DNA of 64,000 nt from Escherichia coli (GCF_013122565.1 NZ_CP053258.1); one strand, 5' to 3'; counted from the first letter of the stretch, positions 47,517 through 62,012 are shown. Numbers and translations: made by a program. Notes: generated from the letters alone by a model not told the origin.

Positions 47517-48818
47517 TTACTGCTTTAACGCCGCATATACCTGATCAACAACCCAACCATAAGTTGCAATCGGCAACTGACCGCTTTCGAACATATTGGG
47601 ATTTTTTTGTGGATCGGCAACGGGTGAATGTGGCTTGTTGCTTAACATCACAATCGCCATATGATTCACCGGATCGATAACGGTTACCGTCCCGGTCCAA
47701 CCTGTGTGACCGTAGGTTTGCGGGCTTGCCAGCGTGCCAAACGTCGGCGTCATGGTGGCATTACCATTCACGCGCCAGCCGAGGCCAAAAGTGGCATCTT
47801 CCTTAGAGCTGGTGGTGAACATCTTCACCGTTTCCGCACTGAACAGCTGCACATCGCCATAGCCACCGCCGTTCAGCATCGTTTGCATTAACACCGCAAT
47901 ATCGCCGGTATTGGAAAACAAACCTGCGTGCCCGGAAACGCCGCCCATCGAATAAAAGGCTTTTTCATCGTGCACCTGACCCCAGAGAGTGGAGGTGCGG
48001 ATATTCGGGAAGTGGATCACGCCATCGCGGGTATTGCCGTTCAATTCTGTGGCGGCAATTTGTTGCGGTTTAAAGCCTTTCAGTAGCGGATTAAACACCG
48101 TATGCGTCAGACCGAGCGGGCGATAAATCGACTCTTCAACATAGCGGTCAAGCGGCTGACCGGTGACCGACTCGACGATAAATCCAAGCAGCATATAATC
48201 GACATCACTGTAAATATGCTTGCTGCCGGGCTGATACTCCAGCGGCGTGCGCTTGATCATCTCCAGCGTCTGGCCTTTATCCTGGGAATATAACGCGCCC
48301 GCGACCGCTTTATTCGGGTATTGCGGGTCCGCCGGGAAACCGCCGCTGTGATGCAGCAGATCAGAAATCCGCAGGGTGTTTTTGCCTTTAATCGCATCGT
48401 TCGCGCCATCGGCAAATCCCGGAATATATTTCGCAATCAGATCGTCAGGATGCAGCTTGCCTTCGCTCATTAGCTTTTGCAGAGCGAAGTTAGTGGCGTA
48501 CATCTTGGTGTTTGAGGCTAGATCATACAGCGTCCCGGTGGTGGCTTTTACCGGCTGCGCCATCAATACGCTGCCATCGTACTTTTTCGCCGCGCCCCAG
48601 GCTTTGCGATACACAATCTGATTATCTTTAATAATCAGCAGGTTTACGCCGGGATAACCGGCATCAACTTGCTGGCTTATCCAGCGATCCATCTGGTTAA
48701 GCCGTTCGACGTTGAACCCTGCTTTCTCTGGCGAACTTTCTGTCAGAACAGGGTATTTTGCGGCGCTGACGCTACAACTAACAGCCAGCAGAGAAAGATA
48801 GAGCATTGTCCGTTTCAT
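47517..48818 (-). CDS. yfeW: penicillin-binding protein 4B / beta-lactamase-family protein YfeW
   Basis: about 433 aa from MKRTMLYLSLLAVSCSVSA signal peptide; SxxK motif (SNTK); exact start codon uncertain. Confidence 0.85.
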   Translation of the reverse strand: MKRTMLYLSLLAVSCSVSAAKYPVLTESSPEKAGFNVERLNQMDRWISQQVDAGYPGVNLLIIKDNQIVYRKAWGAAKKYDGSVLMAQPVKATTGTLYDLASNTKMYATNFALQKLMSEGKLHPDDLIAKYIPGFADGANDAIKGKNTLRISDLLHHSGGFPADPQYPNKAVAGALYSQDKGQTLEMIKRTPLEYQPGSKHIYSDVDYMLLGFIVESVTGQPLDRYVEESIYRPLGLTHTVFNPLLKGFKPQQIAATELNGNTRDGVIHFPNIRTSTLWGQVHDEKAFYSMGGVSGHAGLFSNTGDIAVLMQTMLNGGGYGDVQLFSAETVKMFTTSSKEDATFGLGWRVNGNATMTPTFGTLASPQTYGHTGWTGTVTVIDPVNHMAIVMLSNKPHSPVADPQKNPNMFESGQLPIATYGWVVDQVYAALKQ

Positions 48819-48822
48819 AATA

Positions 48823-50247
<1,425 letters not shown>

Positions 50248-50250
50248 GGG

Positions 50251-51147
50251 TTATTCCTTGTCTAAAACCTGACGAATAAAGCCGCCGTGTTGATCCAGGC
50301 GTTTTTTAGCTTCTGCTGCATCGAGATTTTTCAGCACCATCACAATGGCCGTTTTACAGTTGCGCTCGCAGGCAATTAACGCCGCTTCCGCTTGCTCTGC
50401 GCTACATCCGGTAGCGTTTTTGACGATATTGACCTGGCGCACGTGCAGTTTTTCGTTGGTGGCGACCACATCGACCATCAGGTTGCCGAACACTTTGCCG
50501 GATTTAATCATCAGCCCGGTGGAGAGCATATTGAGCACCAGTTTCTGCGCTGTGCCTGCTTTCATTCGCGAAGAACCAGTGACCACTTCGGCACCTACAA
50601 TCGGTGTAATGGCAAACTCGGCGGTGGTTGAAACGGCACTCCCCGGATTACAGGAAATTCCCACTGTGCGGCAGCCGAGCTGGCGTGCGTATTCCAGTCC
50701 GGCAATTACATACGGCGTGCGACCACTGGCCGCAATACCAACCACCACATCCTGCGCGGTTAAACCGATGTTTTTCAGATCGTTAACGCCGCCTTCCCGG
50801 CTATCTTCCGCGCCTTCCACCGCGTGCTGAATGGCATATTCGCCGCCAGCAATTAATCCAACTACCAGGCCTGGTTTCACGCCGTAGGTGGGCGGACATT
50901 CGCTGGCATCCAGAATCCCCAGACGACCGGATGTTCCCGCACCGAGATAAATCAGACGACCGCCGCCGCTTACCTGGGCGTGGATAACATCGATCGCCGC
51001 GGCGATATCCGGCAGGACGCGCTCAACAGCAAGCGGTACGGCTTTATCTTCATCGTTGATAATCCGGCACATTTCCAGCGTCGATACGCGGTCAATTTCA
51101 GCCGAAGCGGCGTTTGAGCCTTCAGTAATCATCTTTTCAAGTTGCAT
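50251..51147 (-). CDS. murQ: N-acetylmuramic acid 6-phosphate etherase
   Basis: 298 aa, [34 protein letters not shown] domain. Confidence 0.95.
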   Translation of the reverse strand: MQLEKMITEGSNAASAEIDRVSTLEMCRIINDEDKAVPLAVERVLPDIAAAIDVIHAQVSGGGRLIYLGAGTSGRLGILDASECPPTYGVKPGLVVGLIAGGEYAIQHAVEGAEDSREGGVNDLKNIGLTAQDVVVGIAASGRTPYVIAGLEYARQLGCRTVGISCNPGSAVSTTAEFAITPIVGAEVVTGSSRMKAGTAQKLVLNMLSTGLMIKSGKVFGNLMVDVVATNEKLHVRQVNIVKNATGCSAEQAEAALIACERNCKTAIVMVLKNLDAAEAKKRLDQHGGFIRQVLDKE

Positions 51148-51250
51148 CGGTGGTGACCTTACTATTTACGATCAAATAATTGCAGATGTATGGAATCATA
51201 TATCCCGAATTGACAGACTTAAAGGAATCATTGAGTCTACACTCGCAGAG

Positions 51251-51266
51251 TGTGAAGAGCGTCATA
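51251..51266. promoter_or_regulatory. CRP-like site in murQ-murR divergent control region
   Basis: TGTGA-AGAGCG-TCATA (consensus TGTGA-N6-TCACA). Confidence 0.45.
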
Positions 51267-51310
51267 AGAACTTAAGCGGAATTTATGCTGCCAGCCCAGG
51301 AGAGTGGAAG

Positions 51311-52168
51311 ATGTTGTACCTGACGAAAATACGCAATGCGGAAAGTGAATTTACCGGGAACGAGCAAAAAATTGCTGACTTTCTGCGGGCCAACGTGAGT
51401 GAGCTGAAATCCGTCTCTTCTCGCAAGATGGCGAAACAGCTCGGCATCAGCCAGTCGAGTATTGTGAAGTTTGCCCAGAAGCTCGGCGCTCAAGGTTTTA
51501 CCGAATTGCGTATGGCGTTAATTGGCGAATACAGTGCCAGCCGGGAGAAAACGAATGCCACGGCGCTGCACCTGCACAGTTCGATTACCAGTGATGATTC
51601 GCTGGAAGTGATTGCCCGCAAACTGAATCGCGAAAAAGAGCTGGCGCTGGAGCAAACCTGCGCGTTGTTCGACTACGCACGGCTGCAAAAAATCATTGAT
51701 GTCATCAGTAAAGCGCAATTTATCCAGATAACGGGCCTGGGCGGATCGGCGCTGGTGGGGCGCGATCTGTCGTTCAAACTGATGAAAATTGGATATCGCG
51801 TGGCCTGCGAAGCCGACACGCACGTACAAGCCACCGTTTCCCAGGCGTTGAAAAAAGGCGATGTACAAATCGCTATCTCTTACAGCGGCAGTAAAAAAGA
51901 GATTGTCTTGTGCGCAGAAGCGGCACGAAAGCAGGGGGCAACGGTGATTGCCATTACTTCTCTGGCTGACTCTCCGCTGCGGCGGCTGGCGCATTTCACG
52001 CTCGATACCGTTTCCGGTGAAACCGAATGGCGTAGCTCGTCGATGTCTACCCGCACGGCGCAAAATTCTGTTACCGATTTACTGTTTGTTGGTCTTGTGC
52101 AACTCAATGATGTGGAGTCATTGAAAATGATTCAGCGCAGCAGTGAGCTAACACAACGCCTGAAATGA
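51311..52168 (+). CDS. murR: RpiR/SIS-family transcriptional repressor MurR
   Basis: 285 aa from [25 protein letters not shown]; HTH plus SIS domain; 370-aa ORF-track version overlaps murQ and is rejected. Confidence 0.9.
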   Translation: MLYLTKIRNAESEFTGNEQKIADFLRANVSELKSVSSRKMAKQLGISQSSIVKFAQKLGAQGFTELRMALIGEYSASREKTNATALHLHSSITSDDSLEVIARKLNREKELALEQTCALFDYARLQKIIDVISKAQFIQITGLGGSALVGRDLSFKLMKIGYRVACEADTHVQATVSQALKKGDVQIAISYSGSKKEIVLCAEAARKQGATVIAITSLADSPLRRLAHFTLDTVSGETEWRSSSMSTRTAQNSVTDLLFVGLVQLNDVESLKMIQRSSELTQRLK

Positions 52169-52296
52169 TGCATAAAGCAGCGACTGGATTGAGATTTTCC
52201 TGAATTAGTGAGCTGATCCGCAGCAATATTTTGTTTATCCTGTATTTTCAGAGGGAATGGAGTGTAACGCTCTGTATTAACAAGGAGAGCATTAAA

Positions 52297-53088
52297 ATGG
52301 GTAAACTCACGGGCAAGACAGCACTGATTACGGGCGCATTGCAGGGAATTGGCGAAGGAATTGCCAGAACTTTTGCGCGTCATGGCGCAAACCTAATCTT
52401 GCTGGATATCTCCCCTGAGATCGAAAAGCTGGCGGACGAACTGTGTGGTCGTGGTCATCGCTGTACGGCGGTTGTCGCCGATGTGCGTGACCCGGCGTCG
52501 GTAGCCGCAGCTATCAAACGCGCGAAGGAAAAAGAAGGGCGCATTGATATCCTGGTGAATAACGCAGGCGTTTGTCGTCTGGGCAGTTTCCTCGATATGA
52601 GCGATGAAGATCGCGATTTCCATATTGATATCAATATTAAAGGCGTATGGAACGTCACGAAGGCGGTGCTGCCGGAGATGATTGCGCGCAAAGATGGTCG
52701 CATTGTGATGATGTCTTCGGTCACTGGCGATATGGTGGCCGATCCGGGTGAAACGGCGTACGCGTTAACGAAAGCGGCAATTGTTGGCCTGACTAAATCG
52801 CTGGCGGTAGAGTACGCGCAGTCGGGGATTCGCGTTAACGCCATCTGCCCGGGATACGTCCGCACGCCAATGGCGGAAAGCATTGCCCGCCAGTCGAACC
52901 CGGAAGATCCAGAATCGGTGCTGACTGAAATGGCGAAAGCAATCCCGCTGCGTCGCCTCGCCGATCCGCTGGAAGTTGGCGAACTGGCGGCCTTCCTCGC
53001 ATCGGATGAATCCAGCTATTTAACCGGTACACAGAATGTGATTGATGGCGGCAGCACACTGCCAGAGACGGTTAGCGTCGGTATCTGA
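52297..53088 (+). CDS. ucpA: short-chain dehydrogenase/reductase UcpA
   Basis: 263 aa from MGKLTGKTALITGALQGIGEGIA (TGxxxGxG). Confidence 0.9.
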   Translation: MGKLTGKTALITGALQGIGEGIARTFARHGANLILLDISPEIEKLADELCGRGHRCTAVVADVRDPASVAAAIKRAKEKEGRIDILVNNAGVCRLGSFLDMSDEDRDFHIDINIKGVWNVTKAVLPEMIARKDGRIVMMSSVTGDMVADPGETAYALTKAAIVGLTKSLAVEYAQSGIRVNAICPGYVRTPMAESIARQSNPEDPESVLTEMAKAIPLRRLADPLEVGELAAFLASDESSYLTGTQNVIDGGSTLPETVSVGI

Positions 53089-53391
53089 TTCACTTCTGTT
53101 TCCTCCCTGCATTTGTGGGGAGGATTTCGTCTTGAACTACGTTCACCAGGCTATTTTATTTGTCATTTTGGCCCCGGGCAGTGCTCGAAATCCTCACGTA
53201 CTATGTGTACGCCCCGGTTTCTCCGCGCTGTTCGTGTCCAAACTGACTGCAACAATTACGCCTGTTGAACCAAGTTCTTATTCCCTTTTCAACTTCCAAA
53301 TCACCAAACGGTATATAAAACCGTTACTCCTTTCACGTCCGTTATAAATATGATGGCTATTAGAAAGTCATTAAATTTATAAGGGTGCGCA

Positions 53392-54408
53392 ATGGCCGTT
53401 AACTTACTGAAAAAGAACTCACTCGCGCTGGTCGCTTCTCTGCTGCTGGCGGGCCATGTACAGGCAACGGAACTGCTGAACAGTTCTTATGACGTCTCCC
53501 GCGAGCTGTTTGCCGCCCTGAACCCGCCGTTTGAACAGCAATGGGCCAAAGATAATGGCGGCGACAAACTGACGATAAAACAATCTCATGCCGGGTCATC
53601 AAAACAGGCGCTGGCAATTTTGCAGGGCTTAAAAGCCGACGTTGTCACTTATAACCAGGTGACCGACGTACAAATTCTGCACGATAAAGGCAAGCTTATC
53701 CCGGCGGACTGGCAGTCGCGCCTGCCGAATAATAGCTCGCCGTTCTACTCCACCATGGGCTTCCTGGTGCGTAAGGGCAACCCGAAGAATATCCACGACT
53801 GGAACGACCTGGTGCGCTCCGACGTGAAGCTGATTTTCCCGAACCCGAAAACGTCGGGTAACGCGCGTTACACCTATTTAGCCGCGTGGGGCGCAGCGGA
53901 TAAAGCTGACGGTGGCGACAAAGCCAAAACCGAACAGTTTATGACCCAGTTCCTGAAAAACGTTGAAGTGTTCGATACCGGCGGTCGTGGCGCGACCACC
54001 ACTTTTGCCGAGCGCGGCCTGGGCGATGTGCTGATCAGCTTCGAGTCGGAAGTGAACAACATCCGCAAACAGTATGAAGCGCAGGGCTTTGAAGTGGTGA
54101 TTCCGAAAACCAACATTCTGGCGGAATTCCCGGTGGCGTGGGTTGATAAAAACGTGCAGGCCAACGGTACGGAAAAAGCCGCCAAAGCCTACCTGAACTG
54201 GCTCTACAGCCCGCAGGCGCAAACCATTATCACCGACTATTACTACCGCGTGAATAACCCGGAAGTCATGGACAAACTGAAAGATAAATTCCCGCAGACC
54301 GAGCTGTTCCGCGTGGAAGACAAATTTGGCTCCTGGCCGGAAGTGATGAAAACCCACTTCACCAGCGGCGGCGAGTTAGACAAGCTGTTAGCGGCGGGGC
54401 GTAATTAA
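53392..54408 (+). CDS. cysP: thiosulfate/sulfate-binding periplasmic protein CysP
   Basis: 338 aa, [25 protein letters not shown] signal peptide. Confidence 0.95.
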   Translation: MAVNLLKKNSLALVASLLLAGHVQATELLNSSYDVSRELFAALNPPFEQQWAKDNGGDKLTIKQSHAGSSKQALAILQGLKADVVTYNQVTDVQILHDKGKLIPADWQSRLPNNSSPFYSTMGFLVRKGNPKNIHDWNDLVRSDVKLIFPNPKTSGNARYTYLAAWGAADKADGGDKAKTEQFMTQFLKNVEVFDTGGRGATTTFAERGLGDVLISFESEVNNIRKQYEAQGFEVVIPKTNILAEFPVAWVDKNVQANGTEKAAKAYLNWLYSPQAQTIITDYYYRVNNPEVMDKLKDKFPQTELFRVEDKFGSWPEVMKTHFTSGGELDKLLAAGRN

Positions 54409-55241
54409 TGTTTGCAGTTTCTTCAAGACGCGTGCTGCCGGGCTTTACTTTAAGCCTTGGCACCAGTCTGCTGTTTGTGTGCCTGATATTGCTGCTGCCG
54501 CTCTCTGCGCTGGTGATGCAGCTTTCTGAGATGAGCTGGGCGCAGTACTGGGAGGTGATCACCAACCCGCAGGTGGTCGCGGCCTACAAAGTGACGCTGC
54601 TGTCGGCGTTTGTGGCATCGATTTTTAACGGCGTTTTCGGTCTGCTGATGGCGTGGATCTTAACCCGCTATCGCTTTCCGGGTCGCACGCTGCTTGATGC
54701 GCTGATGGATTTACCCTTTGCGCTGCCAACGGCAGTCGCCGGTTTAACGCTGGCCTCGCTCTTTTCCGTAAACGGTTTTTACGGTGAATGGCTGGCGAAG
54801 TTTGATATCAAAGTCACCTATACCTGGCTTGGTATTGCGGTGGCGATGGCCTTTACCAGCATTCCGTTTGTGGTGCGTACCGTGCAGCCGGTGCTGGAAG
54901 AGTTAGGCCCGGAATATGAAGAAGCGGCAGAAACGCTCGGTGCAACGCGCTGGCAGAGTTTCTGCAAAGTGGTGCTGCCGGAACTTTCTCCGGCGCTGGT
55001 GGCGGGCGTGGCGTTGTCGTTTACCCGTAGTCTTGGTGAGTTTGGCGCGGTGATTTTTATCGCCGGGAACATCGCCTGGAAGACGGAAGTGACGTCGCTG
55101 ATGATTTTTGTGCGCTTGCAGGAGTTTGATTACCCGGCGGCGAGTGCGATTGCTTCGGTGATCCTCGCGGCATCTCTGCTGCTGCTGTTCTCAATTAACA
55201 CTCTGCAAAGTCGCTTTGGTCGGCGTGTGGTAGGTCATTAA
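54408..55241 (+). CDS. cysU: sulfate/thiosulfate ABC transporter permease CysU (CysT)
   Basis: 277 aa, [24 protein letters not shown]. Confidence 0.95.
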   Translation: MFAVSSRRVLPGFTLSLGTSLLFVCLILLLPLSALVMQLSEMSWAQYWEVITNPQVVAAYKVTLLSAFVASIFNGVFGLLMAWILTRYRFPGRTLLDALMDLPFALPTAVAGLTLASLFSVNGFYGEWLAKFDIKVTYTWLGIAVAMAFTSIPFVVRTVQPVLEELGPEYEEAAETLGATRWQSFCKVVLPELSPALVAGVALSFTRSLGEFGAVIFIAGNIAWKTEVTSLMIFVRLQEFDYPAASAIASVILAASLLLLFSINTLQSRFGRRVVGH

Positions 55242-56116
55242 TGGCGGAAGTTACCCAATTGAAGCGTTATGACGCGCGCCCGATTAACTGGGGCAAATGG
55301 TTTCTGATTGGCATCGGGATGCTGGTATCGGCGTTCATCCTGCTGGTGCCGATGATTTACATCTTCGTGCAGGCGTTCAGCAAAGGGCTGATGCCGGTTT
55401 TACAGAATCTGGCCGACCCGGACATGCTGCACGCCATCTGGCTGACGGTGATGATTGCGCTGATTGCCGTACCGGTAAACCTGGTGTTCGGTATTCTGCT
55501 GGCCTGGCTGGTGACGCGCTTTAACTTCCCCGGACGCCAGTTACTGCTGACGCTACTGGACATTCCTTTTGCCGTGTCACCGGTGGTTGCCGGTCTGGTG
55601 TATCTGCTGTTCTACGGCTCCAACGGCCCGCTCGGCGGCTGGCTGGATGAACATAATCTGCAAATTATGTTCTCCTGGCCCGGAATGGTGCTGGTCACGA
55701 TCTTCGTGACGTGTCCGTTTGTGGTGCGCGAACTGGTGCCGGTGATGTTAAGCCAGGGCAGCCAGGAAGACGAAGCGGCGATTTTGCTTGGCGCATCCGG
55801 CTGGCAGATGTTCCGCCGTGTCACATTGCCGAACATCCGCTGGGCGCTGCTTTATGGCGTAGTGCTGACCAACGCCCGCGCGATTGGCGAGTTTGGCGCG
55901 GTATCGGTGGTTTCCGGCTCGATTCGTGGCGAAACACTTTCGCTGCCGTTACAGATTGAATTGCTGGAGCAGGACTACAACACCGTCGGCTCCTTTACCG
56001 CCGCCGCGTTGTTGACGCTGATGGCGATTATCACCCTGTTTTTAAAGAGTATGTTGCAGTGGCGCCTGGAGAATCAGGAAAAACGCGCACAGCAGGAGGA
56101 ACATCATGAGCATTGA
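55241..56116 (+). CDS. cysW: sulfate/thiosulfate ABC transporter permease CysW
   Basis: 291 aa, [26 protein letters not shown]. Confidence 0.95.
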   Translation: MAEVTQLKRYDARPINWGKWFLIGIGMLVSAFILLVPMIYIFVQAFSKGLMPVLQNLADPDMLHAIWLTVMIALIAVPVNLVFGILLAWLVTRFNFPGRQLLLTLLDIPFAVSPVVAGLVYLLFYGSNGPLGGWLDEHNLQIMFSWPGMVLVTIFVTCPFVVRELVPVMLSQGSQEDEAAILLGASGWQMFRRVTLPNIRWALLYGVVLTNARAIGEFGAVSVVSGSIRGETLSLPLQIELLEQDYNTVGSFTAAALLTLMAIITLFLKSMLQWRLENQEKRAQQEEHHEH

Positions 56117-57203
56117 GATTGCCAATATTAAGAAGTCTTTTGGTCGCACCCAGGTGCTGAACGATATCTCACTGGATATTCCTTCAGGTCAGATGGTCGC
56201 GTTGCTGGGGCCGTCTGGTTCCGGGAAAACCACGCTGCTGCGCATTATTGCCGGGCTGGAGCATCAAACCAGTGGGCATATTCGCTTTCACGGTACCGAC
56301 GTCAGCCGTCTGCACGCGAGGGACCGCAAGGTCGGTTTCGTGTTCCAGCATTACGCGCTGTTCCGTCATATGACGGTGTTCGACAATATCGCTTTTGGTC
56401 TGACGGTGCTGCCGCGTCGCGAGCGCCCGAATGCCGCGGCGATCAAAGCGAAAGTGACAAAATTGCTGGAAATGGTCCAGCTTGCTCATCTGGCGGATCG
56501 TTATCCGGCACAGCTTTCCGGCGGCCAGAAACAGCGCGTGGCGCTGGCGCGCGCGCTGGCTGTGGAACCGCAAATTCTGCTGCTTGATGAACCGTTTGGC
56601 GCGCTGGATGCGCAGGTGCGTAAAGAGCTGCGTCGCTGGCTGCGTCAACTGCATGAAGAGCTGAAATTCACCAGCGTGTTTGTGACCCACGACCAGGAAG
56701 AGGCGACCGAAGTAGCCGATCGTGTAGTGGTGATGAGCCAGGGCAATATTGAACAGGCTGATGCGCCGGATCAGGTATGGCGCGAACCAGCGACCCGTTT
56801 TGTACTCGAATTTATGGGCGAAGTGAACCGCCTGCAGGGAACCATTCGAGGCGGGCAGTTCCACGTCGGCGCACATCGCTGGCCGCTGGGCTACACACCT
56901 GCTTATCAGGGGCCGGTGGATCTCTTCCTGCGCCCGTGGGAAGTGGATATCAGCCGCCGTACCAGCCTCGATTCGCCGCTGCCGGTACAGGTACTGGAAG
57001 CCAGCCCGAAAGGTCACTACACCCAATTAGTGGTGCAGCCGCTGGGGTGGTACAACGAACCGCTGACGGTCGTGATGCATGGCGACGATGCCCCGCAGCG
57101 TGGCGAGCGTTTATTCGTTGGTCTGCAACATGCGCGGCTGTATAACGGCGACGAGCGTATCGAAACCCGAGATGAGGAACTTGCTCTCGCACAAAGCGCC
57201 TGA
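56106..57203 (+). CDS. cysA: sulfate/thiosulfate ABC transporter ATP-binding protein CysA
   Basis: 365 aa, [43 protein letters not shown] Walker A. Confidence 0.95.
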   Translation: MSIEIANIKKSFGRTQVLNDISLDIPSGQMVALLGPSGSGKTTLLRIIAGLEHQTSGHIRFHGTDVSRLHARDRKVGFVFQHYALFRHMTVFDNIAFGLTVLPRRERPNAAAIKAKVTKLLEMVQLAHLADRYPAQLSGGQKQRVALARALAVEPQILLLDEPFGALDAQVRKELRRWLRQLHEELKFTSVFVTHDQEEATEVADRVVVMSQGNIEQADAPDQVWREPATRFVLEFMGEVNRLQGTIRGGQFHVGAHRWPLGYTPAYQGPVDLFLRPWEVDISRRTSLDSPLPVQVLEASPKGHYTQLVVQPLGWYNEPLTVVMHGDDAPQRGERLFVGLQHARLYNGDERIETRDEELALAQSA

Positions 57204-57224
57204 TAGGTTGAGTGAATGTTAAAC

Positions 57225-57258
57225 GCCCGGAGGCGCTTCCAGCGATCCGGGTTTTTTA
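57225..57258 (+). terminator. hairpin plus T-run after cysA
   Basis: CCCGGAGGCGCTTCCAGCGATCCGGG followed by TTTTTT. Confidence 0.55.
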
Positions 57259-57277
57259 ATGGCAAGGTTTGTAACCT

Positions 57278-57315
57278 GTAGGCCTGATAAGACGCGCAAG
57301 CGTCGCATAAGGCAA
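57278..57315. repeat. REP-like palindromic unit just upstream of cysM
   Basis: GTAGGCCTGATAAGACGCGCAAGCGTCGCATAAGGC. Confidence 0.7.
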
Positions 57316-57336
57316 CACCACGTATGGACAGAGATC

Positions 57337-58248
57337 GTGAGTACATTAGAACAAACAATAGGCAATACGCCTCTGGTGAAGTTGCAGCGAATGGGGCCGA
57401 ATAACGGCAGTGAAGTGTGGTTAAAACTGGAAGGCAATAACCCGGCAGGTTCGGTGAAAGATCGTGCGGCGCTTTCGATGATCGTCGAGGCGGAAAAGCG
57501 CGGGGAAATTAAACCGGGTGATGTGTTAATCGAAGCCACCAGTGGTAACACCGGCATTGCGCTGGCAATGATTGCCGCGCTTAAAGGCTATCGCATGAAA
57601 TTGCTGATGCCCGACAACATGAGCCAGGAACGCCGTGCGGCGATGCGTGCTTATGGTGCGGAACTGATTCTTGTCACCAAAGAGCAGGGCATGGAAGGTG
57701 CGCGCGATCTGGCGCTGGAGATGGCGAATCGTGGTGAAGGAAAGCTGCTCGATCAGTTCAATAATCCCGATAACCCTTATGCGCATTACACCACCACCGG
57801 GCCGGAAATCTGGCAGCAGACTGGCGGGCGCATTACCCATTTTGTCTCCAGCATGGGAACAACCGGTACTATCACCGGCGTTTCACGCTTTATGCGCGAA
57901 CAATCCAAACCGGTGACCATTGTTGGCCTGCAGCCGGAAGAGGGTAGCAGCATTCCCGGCATTCGCCGCTGGCCTGCGGAATATCTGCCGGGGATTTTCA
58001 ACGCTTCTCTGGTGGATGAGGTGCTGGATATTCATCAGCGCGATGCGGAAAACACCATGCGCGAACTGGCAGTGCGGGAAGGAATATTCTGTGGCGTCAG
58101 CTCCGGCGGCGCGGTTGCCGGAGCATTGCGGGTGGCAAAAGCTAACCCTGGTGCGGTGGTGGTAGCGATCATCTGCGATCGTGGCGATCGCTACCTCTCC
58201 ACCGGAGTGTTTGGGGAAGAGCATTTTAGCCAGGGAGCGGGGATTTAA
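57337..58248 (+). CDS. cysM: cysteine synthase B (O-acetylserine sulfhydrylase B)
   Basis: 303 aa from GTG start reading MSTLEQTIGNTPLVKLQRMGP; PLP enzyme. Confidence 0.93.
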   Translation: MSTLEQTIGNTPLVKLQRMGPNNGSEVWLKLEGNNPAGSVKDRAALSMIVEAEKRGEIKPGDVLIEATSGNTGIALAMIAALKGYRMKLLMPDNMSQERRAAMRAYGAELILVTKEQGMEGARDLALEMANRGEGKLLDQFNNPDNPYAHYTTTGPEIWQQTGGRITHFVSSMGTTGTITGVSRFMREQSKPVTIVGLQPEEGSSIPGIRRWPAEYLPGIFNASLVDEVLDIHQRDAENTMRELAVREGIFCGVSSGGAVAGALRVAKANPGAVVVAIICDRGDRYLSTGVFGEEHFSQGAGI

Positions 58249-58277
58249 GGATTAATAGCATTGGAGACTGATGACAA

Positions 58278-58371
58278 ACGCAAAACTGCCTGATGTGCCA
58301 CGCTTATCAGGCCTACAAGGTTTCTGCAATATATTGAATTAGCACGATTTTGTAGGCCGGATAAGGCGTTT
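58278..58371. repeat. BIME: intact PU plus left half of a second PU that is split by the IS
   Basis: TGCCTGATGTGCCACGCTTATCAGGCCTAC ... CTGCAATATATTGAATT ... GTAGGCCGGATAAGGCGTTT. Confidence 0.8.
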
Positions 58372-59277
<906 letters not shown>

Positions 59278-59778
59278 TTTCCAGGAGATGCTCCTGCATG
59301 GCTTTCAGATATGCATTTTCTGCGCGAAGATAACGCAGCTCATTCTTCATCTCTTCCGGCGTCATGTTTGCCTCGTTTTCATGGGTATCATCAGAACGGG
59401 TCATGCTTTTCTCCTTCCTGCGCCTGATAAAGGCCTCATTACCAGATTTGCGGTAGCCTTTTATCCAGTTTTTAACCATGTTGTGGCTGGGAATGTTAAA
59501 CCGGGCAGCTACCCGGGGTAGAGACTCAGAATGCCCGAGAGCATAAAGAACCACGCAAAGTTTATCTTCAGGAGAATAGCTACGCTTGTGTCTGCAATCC
59601 AGTGCCTGAGGACCGTGAAGAAGAAAAAGATTAATCCAGTGTGAGAGGCTGGTGTGAGAAAGTTGAAAGAGTTTTGCCGTAGAAAGGATGCCTGCATGAC
59701 CGGCCAGGTAATGATTTACAGCGGCAAGTTTTACTTCAAATGAATGTTTCATAAACTGCACCTTCAGATGTCAGATTA

Positions 59779-59803
59779 TGTCCAACATTTGGGGTGCAGT
59801 TCA
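59779..59803. repeat. IS terminal inverted repeat (orfA-proximal end)
   Basis: reverse complement TGAACTGCACCCCAAATGTTGGACA. Confidence 0.8.
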
Positions 59804-59822
59804 GTTTACGCCGCATCCGGCA
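59804..59822. repeat. right half of REP palindromic unit split by the IS (includes GTTT direct repeat)
   Basis: GTTTACGCCGCATCCGGCA; with 58350..58371 reconstitutes GTAGGCCGGATAAGGCGTTTACGCCGCATCCGGCA. Confidence 0.8.
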
Positions 59823-59872
59823 TAAACAAAGCGCACTTTGTCAACAGTTGTTGCTGCCGACAAATGCAGTAT

Positions 59873-60607
59873 TTAATTTTCGTGAGGAAAAGCCGTAAGG
59901 TCATCAATCATTTTTTGAAGTATTGGTGAGTCCTGACCGTCACCCCATTGAAGAATTTTTGCGGTAAGCTGATGACGTTCTAGCGCATTGAGTCCCATCT
60001 TTTTAAGTTTAAGGGAGATTTTACCCATGACTTTAATCTGACCGAATGCAGTTGCGTAGGTAATCATATTGCTCTGGATAGTGCTCATTTCATCGACTAG
60101 TAATTGCGCACGAACATCCTCTTCAAGAATACTGTCCATAGCGATGTATTTCATACCCCACATAGTTTCAATTAACATTTGAGGGAAATCAGCACAGTCC
60201 AGATCCGGCTCTTTACGGAGGCTATTTTCAAGAACGTTTAGAGCATCAGCACCTTCATCGCTGCCAAAAGGAGATTCTTCATCCCAGCAACACATATAAA
60301 GTGGATCAGTAAAATGGCACTGGAAGTTTGGGTGTGACGTTTTAACATGTAACCCAATTTCTTCATCATCAAAATAGTAGCGATCCATGAAGTTAAACTT
60401 TGGATCTTCTTGATATCCTTTTTTCATTTTTGCGGCAATCAATTTACTGGCTTCTTTCAGACACTGTTCTTCATTATCGAATTCTTTTGTATGGAATTTA
60501 CCAATACTACCTACCTTGCCATAGTTGACAGCTAAACTATCCCCTTCGTAATCTATCCACCAAAATTTATTCGATTTTTCATCGTGATAAATAAAGCATT
60601 TTTTCAT
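59873..60607 (-). CDS. yfeS: WGR-like domain protein YfeS
   Basis: 244 aa, MKKCFIYHDEKSNKFWWIDYEGDSLAVNYGKVGSIGKF. Confidence 0.88.
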   Translation of the reverse strand: MKKCFIYHDEKSNKFWWIDYEGDSLAVNYGKVGSIGKFHTKEFDNEEQCLKEASKLIAAKMKKGYQEDPKFNFMDRYYFDDEEIGLHVKTSHPNFQCHFTDPLYMCCWDEESPFGSDEGADALNVLENSLRKEPDLDCADFPQMLIETMWGMKYIAMDSILEEDVRAQLLVDEMSTIQSNMITYATAFGQIKVMGKISLKLKKMGLNALERHQLTAKILQWGDGQDSPILQKMIDDLTAFPHEN

Positions 60608-60639
60608 GTTACCTCCTGTAAATGCCTTACCAAAGCGGA

Positions 60640-61105
<466 letters not shown>

Positions 61106-61118
61106 GAGAAAAAATTAA

Positions 61119-61970
61119 ATGAGTAGTTTGTTGTTGTTTAACGATAAGAGTAGGGCGCTGCAGGCGGATATCGTCGCCGTGCAGTCGCAGGTAGTGTACG
61201 GCAGCGTAGGCAACAGCATTGCAGTGCCTGCTATAAAACAGAACGGCCTGAATGTCTTTGCCGTGCCGACGGTATTGCTGAGCAATACACCGCATTATGA
61301 CACTTTCTACGGTGGTGCGATTCCGGACGACTGGTTTAGCGGCTATTTGCGTGCGCTTCAGGAGCGTGATGCGCTGCGCCAACTTCGTGCTGTAACCACG
61401 GGCTATATGGGAACGGCATCGCAAATCAAAATCCTTGCCGAGTGGCTGACTGCGCTACGCAAAGACCATCCTGACCTATTGATCATGGTCGATCCGGTGA
61501 TTGGCGATATTGATAGCGGAATTTATGTCAAACCTGACCTTCCCGAGGCGTATCGACAATATTTACTGCCGCTGGCGCAGGGAATTACCCCCAATATCTT
61601 TGAGCTGGAAATCCTGACCGGTAAAAATTGCCGCGATCTCGACAGTGCCATTGCTGCCGCAAAAAGTCTGCTTTCAGACACATTAAAATGGGTGGTGATT
61701 ACCAGCGCCTCCGGTAATGAAGAAAATCAGGAGATGCAGGTGGTGGTGGTCACTGCCGACAGCGTGAATGTCATTTCCCATTCACGGGTAAAAACCGACC
61801 TGAAAGGGACTGGCGACCTGTTTTGTGCTCAGCTTATCAGTGGTTTGCTGAAAGGGAAGGCATTAAACGATGCGGTGCACCGCGCGGGGTTGCGCGTACT
61901 GGAAGTGATGCGCTACACCCAGCAGCATGAGAGCGATGAATTGATTTTGCCGCTGCTGGCGGAAGCATAA
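61119..61970 (+). CDS. pdxK: pyridoxal/pyridoxine/pyridoxamine kinase
   Basis: 283 aa, [35 protein letters not shown]. Confidence 0.95.
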   Translation: MSSLLLFNDKSRALQADIVAVQSQVVYGSVGNSIAVPAIKQNGLNVFAVPTVLLSNTPHYDTFYGGAIPDDWFSGYLRALQERDALRQLRAVTTGYMGTASQIKILAEWLTALRKDHPDLLIMVDPVIGDIDSGIYVKPDLPEAYRQYLLPLAQGITPNIFELEILTGKNCRDLDSAIAAAKSLLSDTLKWVVITSASGNEENQEMQVVVVTADSVNVISHSRVKTDLKGTGDLFCAQLISGLLKGKALNDAVHRAGLRVLEVMRYTQQHESDELILPLLAEA

Positions 61971-61999
61971 AAAAATGGCGCCGATGGGCGCCATTTTTC
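61970..61999. terminator. bidirectional rho-independent terminator (pdxK / crr)
   Basis: AAAAA-ATGGCGCC-GATG-GGCGCCAT-TTTTT. Confidence 0.8.
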
Positions 62000-62012
62000 A
62001 CTGCGGCAAGAA

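Noticed and set aside
51056-51310. 85-codon N-terminal extension of murR from the ORF track
   Set aside because: Would overlap the murQ coding region and the divergent promoter region; the known MurR N-terminus corresponds to the ATG at 51311
53042-53347. 101-aa plus-strand ORF spanning the ucpA 3' end and the cysP upstream region
   Set aside because: Overlaps the ucpA 3' end in another frame and runs through the cysP promoter region; no start context; likely non-coding
56184-57026. 280-aa ORF antisense to cysA
   Set aside because: Antisense artefact within a conserved ABC ATPase gene
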